From Eledone cirrhosa (Eukaryota), in the NCBI GenBank assembly GCA_964016885.1, contig OZ024742.1, forward strand, positions 176,576,001-176,640,000: a stretch of 64,000 nucleotides of DNA. The letters run 5' to 3'. The position numbers were made by a program, and so were the translations under genes. This document shows positions 1 to 11,443 of this stretch, in pieces; the first letter of the stretch is position 1; every line of letters starts with the position of its first letter. Below the pieces are notes generated by a model, which was not told where the DNA came from, did not search any database, and was given only the letters and a program-made list of their open reading frames with translations.

Positions 1-16
1 CTCTCAAATACTTTAA

Positions 17-70
<54 letters not shown>

Positions 71-72
<2 letters not shown>

Positions 73-190
73 CAAAGGAATTGTGGTAAGGAACCAGATG
101 GACCATAACGCACCAGAGTACTCAAAACTTAGGGTAGTAGAGTGGGAAATAGGAAAATGTATGATCCCGACGGCAGAGCTCTGCTGTCGG
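71..190 (-). repeat. Fragment of a short (TA)n-embedded repeat family (Penelope 3'-end-like); other copies at ~46705-46806 and ~62115-62240
   Basis: Reverse complement matches ...ctactaccctaa..tcgagtactctggtgcgttatggtccacctggtt..ttaccaca.tt.ctttgtta in both other copies. Confidence 0.75.
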
Positions 191-675
191 TGTCATACTT
201 TCGTCAAATCGGACTGAAGAAACAATGTTTCCATTGTTCTTTCTAATTGGTAATATTCTCTATCGGTTGTAACTCCAGGTAGAAGGAGCAACGTGAAAGG
301 GATAAAGTGCCTTGCCCATCAAATATATTGCAAAATATATTTTCAAGGATAGAGTAATTGTGTATCTTGGATTCATAGGATCTAATGTGGTTTAATTCAG
401 AGATTATATTTATATTTAGAGAAAGTGGACGAAATAAAACATATAACATCCTTCTGTTTTACAGGGATTAAATGGTAGGAGATATAGTTTAAGAAGTATT
501 GTCAGTGTCACCCCCAGTCAAAAGAGTAAAATACATAAAGGGTAAAGACACCCTTTGTTCACAAAGAAATGATAGTATCATGTGGAAGACCAGACGTCTA
601 TTGAAATATACATATATACATAAGTATGTAAAAAGTAAACAGAAATATCAAAGGAAACGACACAGTATGGCTGAA

Positions 676-742
<67 letters not shown>

Positions 743-758
743 ATCTCTCTCTCTCTCT

Positions 759-874
<116 letters not shown>

Positions 875-910
875 ATTAATAAATGGAAAATATCTTTACA
901 AAATCATATT

Positions 911-971
911 TATTTTATTATACCTATTTCAAGGGTACTAACATTTAAGTACGCTTTCGTCAGATAAAATA
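911..971 (-). ncRNA. Minimal type-I hammerhead ribozyme, intact core
   Basis: Minus strand reads TATTTTAT-CTGACGA-AAGCGTACT(taaatgtt)AGTACCCTT-GAAA-TAggTA-TA/ATAAAATA: 8-bp stem I, 8-bp stem II, short stem III, AUA cleavage triplet. Confidence 0.8.
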
Positions 972-2066
972 TAATATTTGGTGTTAAGATAGTGACATAC
1001 CTTCATGTGATCTTAATGGTATAAGCCCACAGATAAATATTATAGAGTGCTTCTAATCTGTTGTAAAATTAACTTTGTTGAATAATCAACAAATCATATA
1101 ACTCATTGTTTATATATATATATATACAGAATGATATAACACTATTTCAGTCATATTACACCTTTAATAGTTCAAAGAGCATATAGGTGAAAATCTATTA
1201 TGTGTGGAACTTCATTTTTCCAAAATTATATTTAGATGTAAACATTTAAATAATATTAAAAGTTAGTATTGCATGCAAAAAATACATTTTAAAATAAAAA
1301 ATATAATTTCACCTACAAATTCGTGTTTACACCACGATTTCGTTCAGATAAAGGAATATATATTAATTAATTAATAAATTAAGACGCCGAAAACTCATCA
1401 GTAGGCAATGTCTTAAAACATACCTTATGTCTTTTACAAGAAAATTCAATTGAAATACTTTGTGTTGTTACATGTCTAGACAGCAAAATCCTTCTCTCAG
1501 GAAAAGACATATTAATATTATAAATAAAATTCCACGGGCTTTTAGCTTTAAAACAGTAGACCCGATGTCAAAAGCGAGAGGTTAAAAGTGAAGGTAGAAA
1601 TAGACGCATGAAAACGTTTAATTAAAAAGAGCTCTACCTAGATTAATTTAATTTATTTAATTAAAGGGAGTAGCAATAATATGAGAATATACTAAAATAA
1701 AATTATTTCTGTCATACCTTAAATATCTCAAATACTATGTAGACTAAACACTATCAATTATAGAACTTCGCATTTTTCTAAAATTATATCTAGTAGTAGA
1801 CATTTACTGTATATATATATATTCAAAGAAAATCTCAAACACGAGAATAGCTGTGAAAACCGCTTTAGAAAAACAGCCTATTTACAAAAAAGTGGGCCAT
1901 ATCTTTTTTATTTCCTCTGGCCCCATATGCAGCGCAAAAGCATTGCGGAAGTGCGCATAATCAAATAAATTTCATTATGTAATAACTGTTTCTACTTTTA
2001 GCACAAGGCCAGCAATTGTCCCAGTGCATTACAGGTACTTTATTTTATCTGTCATAAATTTTGTTC

Positions 2067-2096
<30 letters not shown>

Positions 2097-2101
<5 letters not shown>

Positions 2102-2917
2102 TCACAATGGAATACAGCCAAGATCAACTCCCATTTCTGGACATCTTAATCTTAAAAAAAGACACAAATATTGAAACCGACATACACTACAAACCAACAG
2201 ATTCCAAACAATACCTGCTATTCACCTCCAACCATCCAAAGCACACGGAGACGAGCATTCATTTTAACCTAGCAAGAAGAATGTGCACAATTGTCTCCAA
2301 TTATGAAACGCGAAATAAAAGACTTCAAAAATTAAAGGAAATTCTACTCAAAAGACAGTACCCACCATTACTAATAAATAATGGAATAGAAAGGGCTAAA
2401 GCAATAGGCATTGATGAATTACGAAAACTGAAACAAATTCATGGTAATCCAATATTCTATCATATATTTCAACACACAACCCAAGAAATGCGGAAGCTTA
2501 CAACACTATTCACAAGAACATCCCACTACTGAAACAGACACAAGAATGAAAAAAACCCTTGAAACACACAAAATAATCAAAAGCAAAAGACAACCGAAAT
2601 CACTGAAAACATTACCTACCACAAACTCACAACCAACTGTCAAAAAATGTGGTCGCTCTAATTGTGGAACCTGCACTCACCTCATTGAAGGCAACACGTA
2701 TACATTTAAATCAGGACAAAATTTTGTTGTAAAAAATCACTTTACTTGCTCATCAAAAAATCTACTTTATGCCATTAAATGTAAAGGATGCAATGGAGAT
2801 TATATAGGACAAACTAAACTCACACTCAGAAGCAGAATGATAGTTCATCGCCAACAATTACGATTTCCAACCACGAGACAGATACCACTAAGCGCACATC
2901 TAGACATATGCGCAAGT
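2097..2917 (+). pseudogene. Truncated Penelope-like retroelement (Neptune-type): RT C-terminus, Cys linker and GIY-YIG endonuclease, frameshifted
   Basis: ORF 2107-2532 has LPFLDILI..TDIHYKPTDSKQYL...SNHP; ORF 2441-3034 has CGRSNCGTC and NLLYAIKC..C..DYIGQTK...RSRM..H; flanked by (TA)n. Confidence 0.9.
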
Positions 2918-2934
2918 AATATATATATCGATCG

Positions 2935-3133
2935 ACTTTCGTCAAATCGGACTGAGGAAACAATGTTTTCGTCGTATTTCCAGTTGCCAATACTATCTGT
3001 CGCAACTCCAGGTAGAAGGAGCAACATGAAATAAAGTGTCTTGCTCAAGGACATAACGCATCGCCTGGTCCAGGAAACGAACTCACAACCTCAAGATTGT
3101 GAATCCAATTGTCTAACCACTCAGCCACACGCC
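2935..3133 (-). mobile_element. tRNA-headed SINE with CORE-like body; related pieces at ~198-318, 41328-41460 (+), 42320-42655 (-), 54850-55005 (-)
   Basis: Minus strand GGCGTGTGGCTGAGTGGTTAG (A box)...GAGTTCGTTTCC (B box)...TGTCCTTGAGCAAGACACTT. Confidence 0.7.
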
Positions 3134-3139
3134 GTCGCG

Positions 3140-4361
3140 CGCAAGTAATAAGACACCCAAATTCCAAGTCTTCCCATTTTACCTTTCCGCTGTCAATACA
3201 ACGGAACAAATACGAATAAATAAGGAAAATATGTTTATTCAAAAATATAGGCCAGCATTAAATATGGTTTAATATACATTATGTCAACACCATAACATGC
3301 TAACCATCCAAACAGACACACACACACACACACCTGCTACTTTAGAAAATAAAAACCCGAACTAAATAAATCTTAACATAGGTTTGCCCTGACAATACAA
3401 CAGAACAAATACGAATAAGTGAGGAAAATATGTTCATTCAAAAATATTCCTACTAACGGAATCGTTTTCCTACACACACACACACACAACATATATATTC
3501 TCTTCATCTTAACATGTTAACCATACTCCCACACACACATAACCCCTCACACACACACAACTCCCTCCCCCATTTCACCTAATAGAATCACTTTCCTACA
3601 CACATACAAACACACAAAATATATATATTCTCTCCATCTTAACATACTCCCACACACACATAACATTCATACACACACACAAAACTCCCTCCCCCATTTC
3701 AACTAATATAATCATCTTCCTATACACACACAAGCACACAAATAGACATACATATCTTTACTTTCTTTATTTCAATAGAAAATCTGAATTCTGACACCCC
3801 AAAGAACCAGCCATATTCACTGAACCAGAACAATTCTCCCATCCCATTTCTCTTGACCATTATCTTTTGTTTGTCATAAAATTCTCTAAAAGGCTACAAA
3901 ATAAATTCTCAAATACGGGCGCGAAATTTAATGAACTTGTTCATTTGACAGAGATAATTTAATTTATAACCAATCAAATTACATTTATAAAAAAAGAGCC
4001 TTCGTGAGCCCCTTTTTTTAAGTAAAATGAAATTCAAACACTCATATATGAAAAAACAACCCGAGCCCCCCTCTCCCTCTTTTTTGAAGAACTTTGAAAC
4101 GCGAACTGGCGCGAACTTATTATACGTATTGACCAACCAATCAAATTACTTCTCTAACAACCTGGCGTTTCGAGCCACTTTTTTCCATATAAAACGAGTA
4201 ACACTCAAAGACCAACCAGATGTGAGAAAAACCACAGACCTTCCATCTCAACTCTACTTTTGAACATCAGAAGAACTGCGAAACCGGTAAAGGAACCAAA
4301 TAAATATATATATTTAAAAAAAAATAAGACTCCAATTGCATTTTCGATTTCATCTGTTTCT

Positions 4362-4365
<4 letters not shown>
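3140..4365 (+). mobile_element. Non-coding Penelope-like 3' region with internal tandem duplications ending in a degenerate hammerhead
   Basis: Duplicated blocks at 3197-3247/3397-3447 and ~3455-3590/3580-3730; ends CTT-TTGAACA-tCAG..CTGc-GAAA-CCGG-TA/AAG (4257-4292), then an AT-rich tail and (TA)n. Confidence 0.55.
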
Positions 4366-4432
<67 letters not shown>

Positions 4433-4629
4433 CATATATATGTGTGTAGAGAACGAAACATTGTATCGCGCTGCTATTCTTAGCACTATGGTCAACAAGT
4501 TTATAATAACCCGCTTTTATTCATGGCCTATTTTTGTGTGTAAGTCACTTTAACGGCTTGACCGCATGCAACGGGCAGGAAGCGAAATATTAACTTACTA
4601 TGAGGTTTTATACCCTTATAATATGGAAA

Positions 4630-4760
4630 TAGCTGCCTGAAGATCTAATTTCCAATCTTTTGATTAGTGAAACCGTCGGTAAAGGAACCAAATAAATATT
4701 TATATTTTTTTTAAATAAGACTCCAGTTGCATTTTCGATTTCATCTTTTTTTCTTCATAT
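4630..4760 (+). repeat. Second copy of the hammerhead-bearing terminal repeat seen at 4257-4365
   Basis: CTGAAGA-tCTAAT..ATTAGt-GAAA-CCgtcGG-TA/AAGGAACCAAATAAATAT...AAGACTCCA.TTGCATTTTCGATTTCATC matches 4280-4355. Confidence 0.7.
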
Positions 4761-4844
4761 ATATATATATATATATATATTTGAAAAAAAAGGAAAAGAA
4801 TGGTTTCACTTGTAGTGTTAAAAAATGTTATGATTTAATGTTAT

Positions 4845-4972
4845 AGCCATTCTGAGTTCAAATCCGCCGAGGTTAACTTTGCCTTTCATCCTTACGGTGT
4901 CGATAAAATAAAGTAGCAGTAATGCACTGGGTAATTGCTGGCCTTGTGCCAAGCAGTAGAAACAATTATAAT
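4845..4972 (+). mobile_element. Partial copy of the abundant ~190-bp tRNA-derived SINE
   Basis: GAGTTCAAATCCGCCGAGGTTAACTTTGCCTTTCATCCTTACGG.GTCGATAAAATAAAGTA...GGCCTTGTGCC. Confidence 0.85.
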
Positions 4973-6124
4973 ATTATGAGTTGGTAATATATATATATAT
5001 ATATATATATATACGTATGTGTGCATGTGTGTATGTGTCTGAGAAGGGAAATAGAAAGTGGTTGTGTATCGAAAGAGCTTGCCTCGCAAACACATCGTTT
5101 CGGTTTCGACTCTACAATGTGGCAAGTTATTAATTGGTCTTCTTACTTTAAACTTTTTACCTGACGACCTGAACAATTATATAAACATATCAAAGCCCTG
5201 AAATTCACTACAAATATCAGAACTCACATATTGTGATGGTATCTCAAATCAAAATTATACATATATGCATTTATTATGGCTAAGTATTGAGCCTTTTTAT
5301 TCTGGGGTTTTCCTGCACACTCGTAGGTTCATCATATGAGTGCGTATCTGAAACGCCAGAGTAACAAGGCTTCCTGTTTAGTCTTAATAGTTTAATATTT
5401 AAACCCTACTCCGGTATTGAGTATGTTATATCCCACCTATCAGTAACACACGTGTATGTATATGTATATATACATACACGTGTGTTACTGATGGACGGGA
5501 TAAAAAGTACTCAATATATATATTATCTGCCCCCTTATATGTATATATACATATAAGGGGGCAGAGATCGTTATAATAATAATTGTCTCTACATTTGGCA
5601 TAATGCCAGCAATTTGAAGGGAAAGTCGATTAAACCACAAAAGTGTATTATTGATGATTTATTTTATCGACCCCGTAAAGACGAATAGCAAAGTTAACCT
5701 CTGTATGATTTGAACGAAAAGAGATGTTACTATAAGCCACAATCTATGTTGCTTGTCCCTTTACCGATATTTGAAGGTGCGTTTTGTGTATATTTTGTAT
5801 ACGCGTAAATACTACGGAAAAAACATTAACTTAATAAGCACTTGTTATATGTCTGCAGAATATGTTTTATTTCCCTTTTATTTAATGTTTTGTTTTTGCA
5901 TTAGTATCTTTTCAGAGGCGCCACTGCCGAAACTTTGTATAAGAAAATCTGAGATATTTCGAAATGAAAAATAAATGGCGGTTAACTCTTTAAATCCTAC
6001 AATGATTTAGTAAGAAATATTGATAAATGGATTTGTTAATCCAAATCGCTTAATTCATTTTGCTATTGGTGCCAAACTTTAACAATGGCCATAAATCTTG
6101 GGTAAGAGCAAACGAATAGGATCG

Positions 6125-6452
6125 CGATTCAAGCAGCCGATACGAGGTTCTTGGAGTAACGTTACTCGATAGAGTGCGTAGCTCGGATATTCTATTTCTA
6201 ATTGAGATATCACAGCTCCGACACTTTGGGTATTTAGTTAGAATGTCTCAGGAATGAATTGCTGGACATATTTGACAGACAACCTGCAGTAGACTCAGGG
6301 ATAAACCATATCAAATGGAGAAGGTTGCTTCTGACAGAACCCGCTGGTTGACGTGCTTGATGACTCTTCCCCCATGACTATCCCAGGGATAAATGGAAGA
6401 AGAAGAAGAAGAAGAAGAAGAAGAAGAAGAAGAAGAAGAAGAAGAAGAAGAA
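6125..6452 (+). mobile_element. Degenerate RTE LINE 3' fragment followed by (GAA)n
   Basis: Broken translation IQAAD.RF.GVTLLDRVRSSDI..IEISQLRHFGYLVRMSQE resembles the RTE C-terminus; (GAA)n at ~6396-6452. Confidence 0.6.
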
Positions 6453-7463
6453 GGCTTTATTAACCCAAATGCTTTAATACGTTCACTAGTGTGCAGACAT
6501 TTGTAAATTCGTAATAAATGAAAGTAAATACCTCAGATTTTAATGTGAAGGAGGCATAGTGCTGTTGTGTACATTCAAGAATACCATGTTAATTCAATTT
6601 TATGTAGTGCAAAATGTAAATATGGGCTCTGGTGGAGTTGTGGTGGTGATATCTTCCAGCGAAAGAGGGTGATATAGATGGAGTTGAAAAATAGATATAG
6701 AGGAAGAATAAACACTAGTACTTGACTGGTACATTTTTATTGATCTTGAAATGATGAAAGGCGAAGTTGACCTTTGAAAGGTTTGAACTCAGAAAGCAGA
6801 GAGGCGTAGTGAATACCAGAAATCGATCTCTACGACATTCTATCGAAACTGCTATCCCATCCCTTTGTGATGCAGTTTATTAAGAGTTAAAATGAAAGTA
6901 AATATTTACAACCACGAATCGAAAATGTGTCTGCAGTGCCTCAGTCGAAGATGAACTATAATGAACAACTAACAACTACTGAGGTAATGTAGTAATTCAG
7001 ATAAATTTATAACTTATCAATTGATGAATGTTCTACCTAAAGTGAGAGACAGTTAATGAAGGGTTGCTATAAACCTAATTAGCGTACTTAGTGTTTTATA
7101 TGACAGCTATACTGCTTTTTTTTCTATAAGTTTTCGTGTTTGAGGTCTAGAATTAGCGAACTCGACAAATTTGAAGGGAAGTCTTTTTTTCTGTCTGCCT
7201 ATCTTTCGTTGTTTTGTTTTTTGTTTTGCTTTTAAATTAAAGAGGTTCTTCATGTTATTATCTGCATCCACGCATACATACAAACACATAAAAATGTATG
7301 TTCTGTCCATATGTAACATACATCCACACACACAACTATATATTTTTGTATATATTCATGTTTACACACACACACACACACACACATCACTGAGATTACT
7401 CGATAGATAGGGAGGTGTGTAGACTGGGCATAGAGATGTGTAAAATCTCGGCCGTGGCGCCAA

Positions 7464-7520
<57 letters not shown>

Positions 7521-7526
<6 letters not shown>

Positions 7527-7868
7527 TAAACGGAATAGAAAATGCTGACAAATTGTTCACAGTTGAAAAATGGTTTAATTAGGAATAAAAGAGTATTAGT
7601 GATTGTATGGGTTAGTATTCAGTTGTGGTTTAAAGTTTTCAAGTTTTTACCGGTTGCGCATTTCTAAATGCTTTTCAAAAATAATTTTGAGATAGAGTGT
7701 CCGTGCTGTTTGCTCTGATCTGATTAGTTTTGGGAATTCTACCTGTTTTATGTTAAAAAAATGGCTCCAGCGTTATTTTTGTGTTGCAAAAATGCTTGTG
7801 GTCAAAACAATTTTGATTGGTCGATAGAGGTCATGTGAATGTAAAAAGTTGATTTTGCGCCAAGACTG

Positions 7869-7873
<5 letters not shown>
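7521..7873 (-). repeat. (TA)n-embedded repeat, same family as 50265-50860, with a variant hammerhead
   Basis: Near-identical to 50265-50575; minus strand TTGAAAA-GCATT(taga)AATGC-GCAA-CCGG-TA. Confidence 0.8.
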
Positions 7874-7930
<57 letters not shown>

Positions 7931-7934
<4 letters not shown>

Positions 7935-8188
7935 CGAAGAAAATGAAGAAAGAGAAGCAGACCGTTAACATATAATTTATACGGAGCTCTTACACATGTT
8001 ACGCTCAAGTTGGGTTCGGAAGCTCAGAGGGAGGTAACAATTTTAATTATGGACCCAGGGTCCATAAGTAAAACTTTTACCTCTCTCTGAGCCTCCGAAG
8101 AGCCCAACTTGGGCGTAACATGTGTAAGAGCTCCATATAAATTATATGTTAACGGTCTGCTCCCCTTTCTTCATTTTCTGCGATTATA
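7931..8188. repeat. Imperfect ~260-bp palindrome containing a degenerate hammerhead (8089-8133, +)
   Basis: Arms mirror around GGACCCAGGGTCC (8051-8063); right arm reads GAGCCT-CCGAAGA-GCCCAactTGGGC-GTAA-CAtgTG-TA/AGAGCTC. Confidence 0.75.
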
Positions 8189-8995
8189 ATTGCTCTGCTT
8201 ATCTTCGCACACTAAATATTAATGCTTCTAATATTTAACCCCGTCTGTATAAACGTCGAGCACTAAAGCACTTGCTGCTGCCAATTAATTATCTGCATCG
8301 TCTCCTCCTATAACTTTTCCTCTCTTCTTCTCTCTATGTTCTCTCTCACGATACTATAACATTTTATATATATATATATGTGCTACTACTACTGCTACTA
8401 CTACTACTACTAGAACTGTGATTGTGTGCTTGTCTGTAATTTAATACAGACAAAACGACGCATAATAGGAAAATACTTTCAAAGGAAGTTGACCCTGAAA
8501 TGAGAATACAAATGGAATAAAACAAGTTTCGCGTAAATCGGAACACGGGTTCCCGAGATACGGATTTTTTCCAGGTACCTTCATAAATATTGAGAGAGAA
8601 AGATAGAAAGAATGAGATAGTGGCTGTGAGTGAGTAGATTGAACATTTCATTTTACATTATATATGTGTATATACTCTAATTATTTTAAAATTATTTTTA
8701 AGTGAACATGATTTATATACTAGACACCCACCCCTACCCACCCGTGAACGTGGGTGGGTGTCTAGTATATATATACAAACCTGTGAATTATTGATGCACT
8801 TGGAGATTGAATATGTAAGAAACATAAACGCAGAAATAACTGTGAGATCAGTCGAACATGAGAGATAATAGTTGAGAACTTCGGGTAAAATACACCTAGA
8901 GTCGGAAGTATCGAACAGAGATGCCTATAAATGAAGCCCCAGTAACACACTGGGGTTGATTAAATCGTCTTTTCCATCATCCCAGATTGTTAGTT

Positions 8996-9180
8996 TTGGC
9001 AGTATCGGTAGAGGGTCGGACGCTATGATTTGACGCATAGAGTTACGGCTCTTTCCAATCTGAGTTCAAATCCCGCCAAGGTTAACTTTGCCTTTCATCC
9101 TTACGGGGTCGATAAAATAAAGTACTAGTAATGCACTGGGTAATTGCTGGCCTTGTGTCAAAAGTAGAAACAATTATTAT
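8996..9180 (+). mobile_element. tRNA-derived SINE (~190-bp family)
   Basis: A box TGGCAGTATCGG, B box GAGTTCAAATCC, conserved body and AAACAATTATT tail. Confidence 0.9.
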
Positions 9181-9657
9181 ATATGTATATATTTTGGCTC
9201 ACTATATTGAATGCACCTGTTCATATTTAACACTATTTTCTTCATGTAGAAAATATCCTAGACACTATTACATGTTAGTATTTGTTATTTTCTATGAGAT
9301 GAATTTATCATATAATTTGAACGTCTGCCATTGTTTAGTCTAGTCACTCATATATTGAACCTTGTCTACCCAGATATTCAAATATGAAATGCATGGATTA
9401 TACTCTTCCTGTTGATAAGAGAAAAATTACAACCCGATTACTTCTCCCTTTGTCAACACGTGATATTCACACACCAGAAAGATTCCTGAAACTACAAACA
9501 ACTCAGAAGCGTTCACATGATCTTATCTTTCTTTGAAAGAAAAAAATTGTCCTCGCTCAAAATATCAGATTATTAAATGCTTTAGTGTAGAATATTAACA
9601 TTTGTTAGTATTTATTTTCATATTACTCTAAATGCCTTGCTATATCTTTCTAAATCA

Positions 9658-9716
<59 letters not shown>

Positions 9717-9717
9717 G

Positions 9718-9790
<73 letters not shown>

Positions 9791-9980
9791 TAAAATAATA
9801 TATATATATATCTCCTTTCTCTGTATATCTCACTTTCATTTCACCCCCTCAGACAGTCACTCTCTCTCAGCTGGCCTCTTTCTCACACTTTCACTCACTC
9901 ACTATCTGATACTCCCCCTCTCTCACTTCCTCCCGTCTAACCTGTGTGAATTCCTTTTCACGCTTACATCTTACATGGCT

Positions 9981-10290
9981 CGGACGCGTCTATGTCTTTC
10001 GTCCGTGATTTGATCGAACTTAAGTTCACAGATATCACCGATTTGTTTCTCTTCTTCCTCTCCTTCCGTTGCATTACAATCTCTGTTTGTTTACATGTCT
10101 CGCTCGCTTCACCCTATTCTACGTGTCCCAGTGACTTTTCTTTTAGTTATTGCTTGCACCAACCAGAGGTATATGATATTTAATGCGAAGAAATATCAAC
10201 GACGGCTGGAAGATCACTGATGACGGACGCCTTATCTTCTGTTCGAATTGTATTCATATGTATGCCATTTGCAACAACGCATCACGCCAT
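9981..10290 (+). repeat. Repeat with 243-bp terminal redundancy and a split hammerhead-like core; second copy at ~21805-22107
   Basis: CGGACGC at 9981 and 10224; GATCA-CTGATGA at 10212-10223; body aligns with 21825-22100. Confidence 0.6.
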
Positions 10291-10310
10291 TTTTTATATA
10301 TATATATATA

Positions 10311-11349
10311 CTAGCATTAAAGCCCGGCGTTGCTCGGGGTCATTAAGTTACCAAAGTTAGATTGCACCACCCATTTTATGGCAGCACTTTTTTGTCTGCC
10401 AGGCACTGGGTGAATGAATTGCAGACCTGGAAGCAGGATCTGCGCCAGCAGTGACAATTGTAATTTCGCCTATGGATATTATATCTCTGCAAAAAAGTGT
10501 TGAAATTTATTGTTTCACAGTACTTGCGCAACACGCGCGTAGACGATGCCAGCCGAACAACAGAGCTGCGATGGAGTTGTTCTGCATAGTTGTCTGTGTT
10601 TTTTCTAAATTTAAGACAGTAGGGAGGGTTAGCTTTTGTTTCTAGCAGGTTTAGTGACCTCATAGCGGATATGTGTTTTCTAAATTTAAGACAGTAGGGG
10701 GTGGTGTGATATGGGGGAGAGTTAGCTGCTGTTTCTAGCAAGTTTAGTAACCTCATAGAGGATATGCGTTTTCTAAATTTAAGACAGTAGGGAGTGGTGT
10801 GATATGGGGGAGAGTTAGCTGCTGTTTCTAGCAGGTTTAGTGACCTCATAGAGGATATTATTGTTTACAATTATCTATAAAAGGCAGATTGTTGTTGTTG
10901 TTGTTGAAGTGAGTGTGTGTTTGTATGCGTTTGGAAAAGAGATTTTAAAAAAGATTTATCGTTTGTTGTTGAATAAATGTATCTGTATAAAAGAGAAAGT
11001 AGCAAAATGTGTGGGTTGTAGTTAGAGGTAAGCAGATGATATGAGAGAGTAAAACGGACAGTATCACCATCAAGCTTGGAAAGAGAAAGTAGCAGAAAGT
11101 ATGAAGTTGTATAGATTTTGAATGGTAGTGGAAAGAGTTTAGCAGTTTAAATGACAGAGAAAAATCGTAAAATATTGAGTTTTATCTATTTTTTGCGTAA
11201 TTGTGGATGAAATTGAAAAAATTATCTGTGCCAAGACGCAATCGAAGCTATTTCGAATACTGAATTGTAAATTTCAATTGAAGAAATTCTATATCTTAGA
11301 TTTCTATAAGAATGGAGCATGACCACACACTGAGCTTTATAGATTATGA
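10311..11349 (-). mobile_element. Non-autonomous Helitron with an internal ~93-bp tandem repeat (10600-10858, about 3 units)
   Basis: Minus strand A|TC start at 11349; end CCCGAGCAACGCCGGG hairpin + 7 nt + CTAG|T at 10311; no target duplication. Confidence 0.8.
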
Positions 11350-11443
11350 TATATATATAAATTTTATATATATATATATATTTTTTATATATATATATAT
11401 ATATATATACATGTCTATGTATATATATATATGTATATCTATA

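Noticed and set aside
1305-1352. Hammerhead-like CTGAACGA plus hairpin on the minus strand
   Set aside because: Extra base in the core and no GAAA directly after the stem.
995-1546. Possible minus-strand exons ending in AG|GTATGT at ~1425 and ~1001
   Set aside because: The 1425-1546 segment is open in one frame, but the next candidate exon has stops in the compatible frame and the peptide is unrecognisable.
10376-10849. 157-aa ORF with a repeated 31-aa unit
   Set aside because: Product of the 93-bp tandem repeat inside a non-autonomous Helitron.
10600-10858. Direct repeats as a CRISPR array (also 47178-47895)
   Set aside because: Eukaryotic context, contiguous units without unique spacers, no cas genes.
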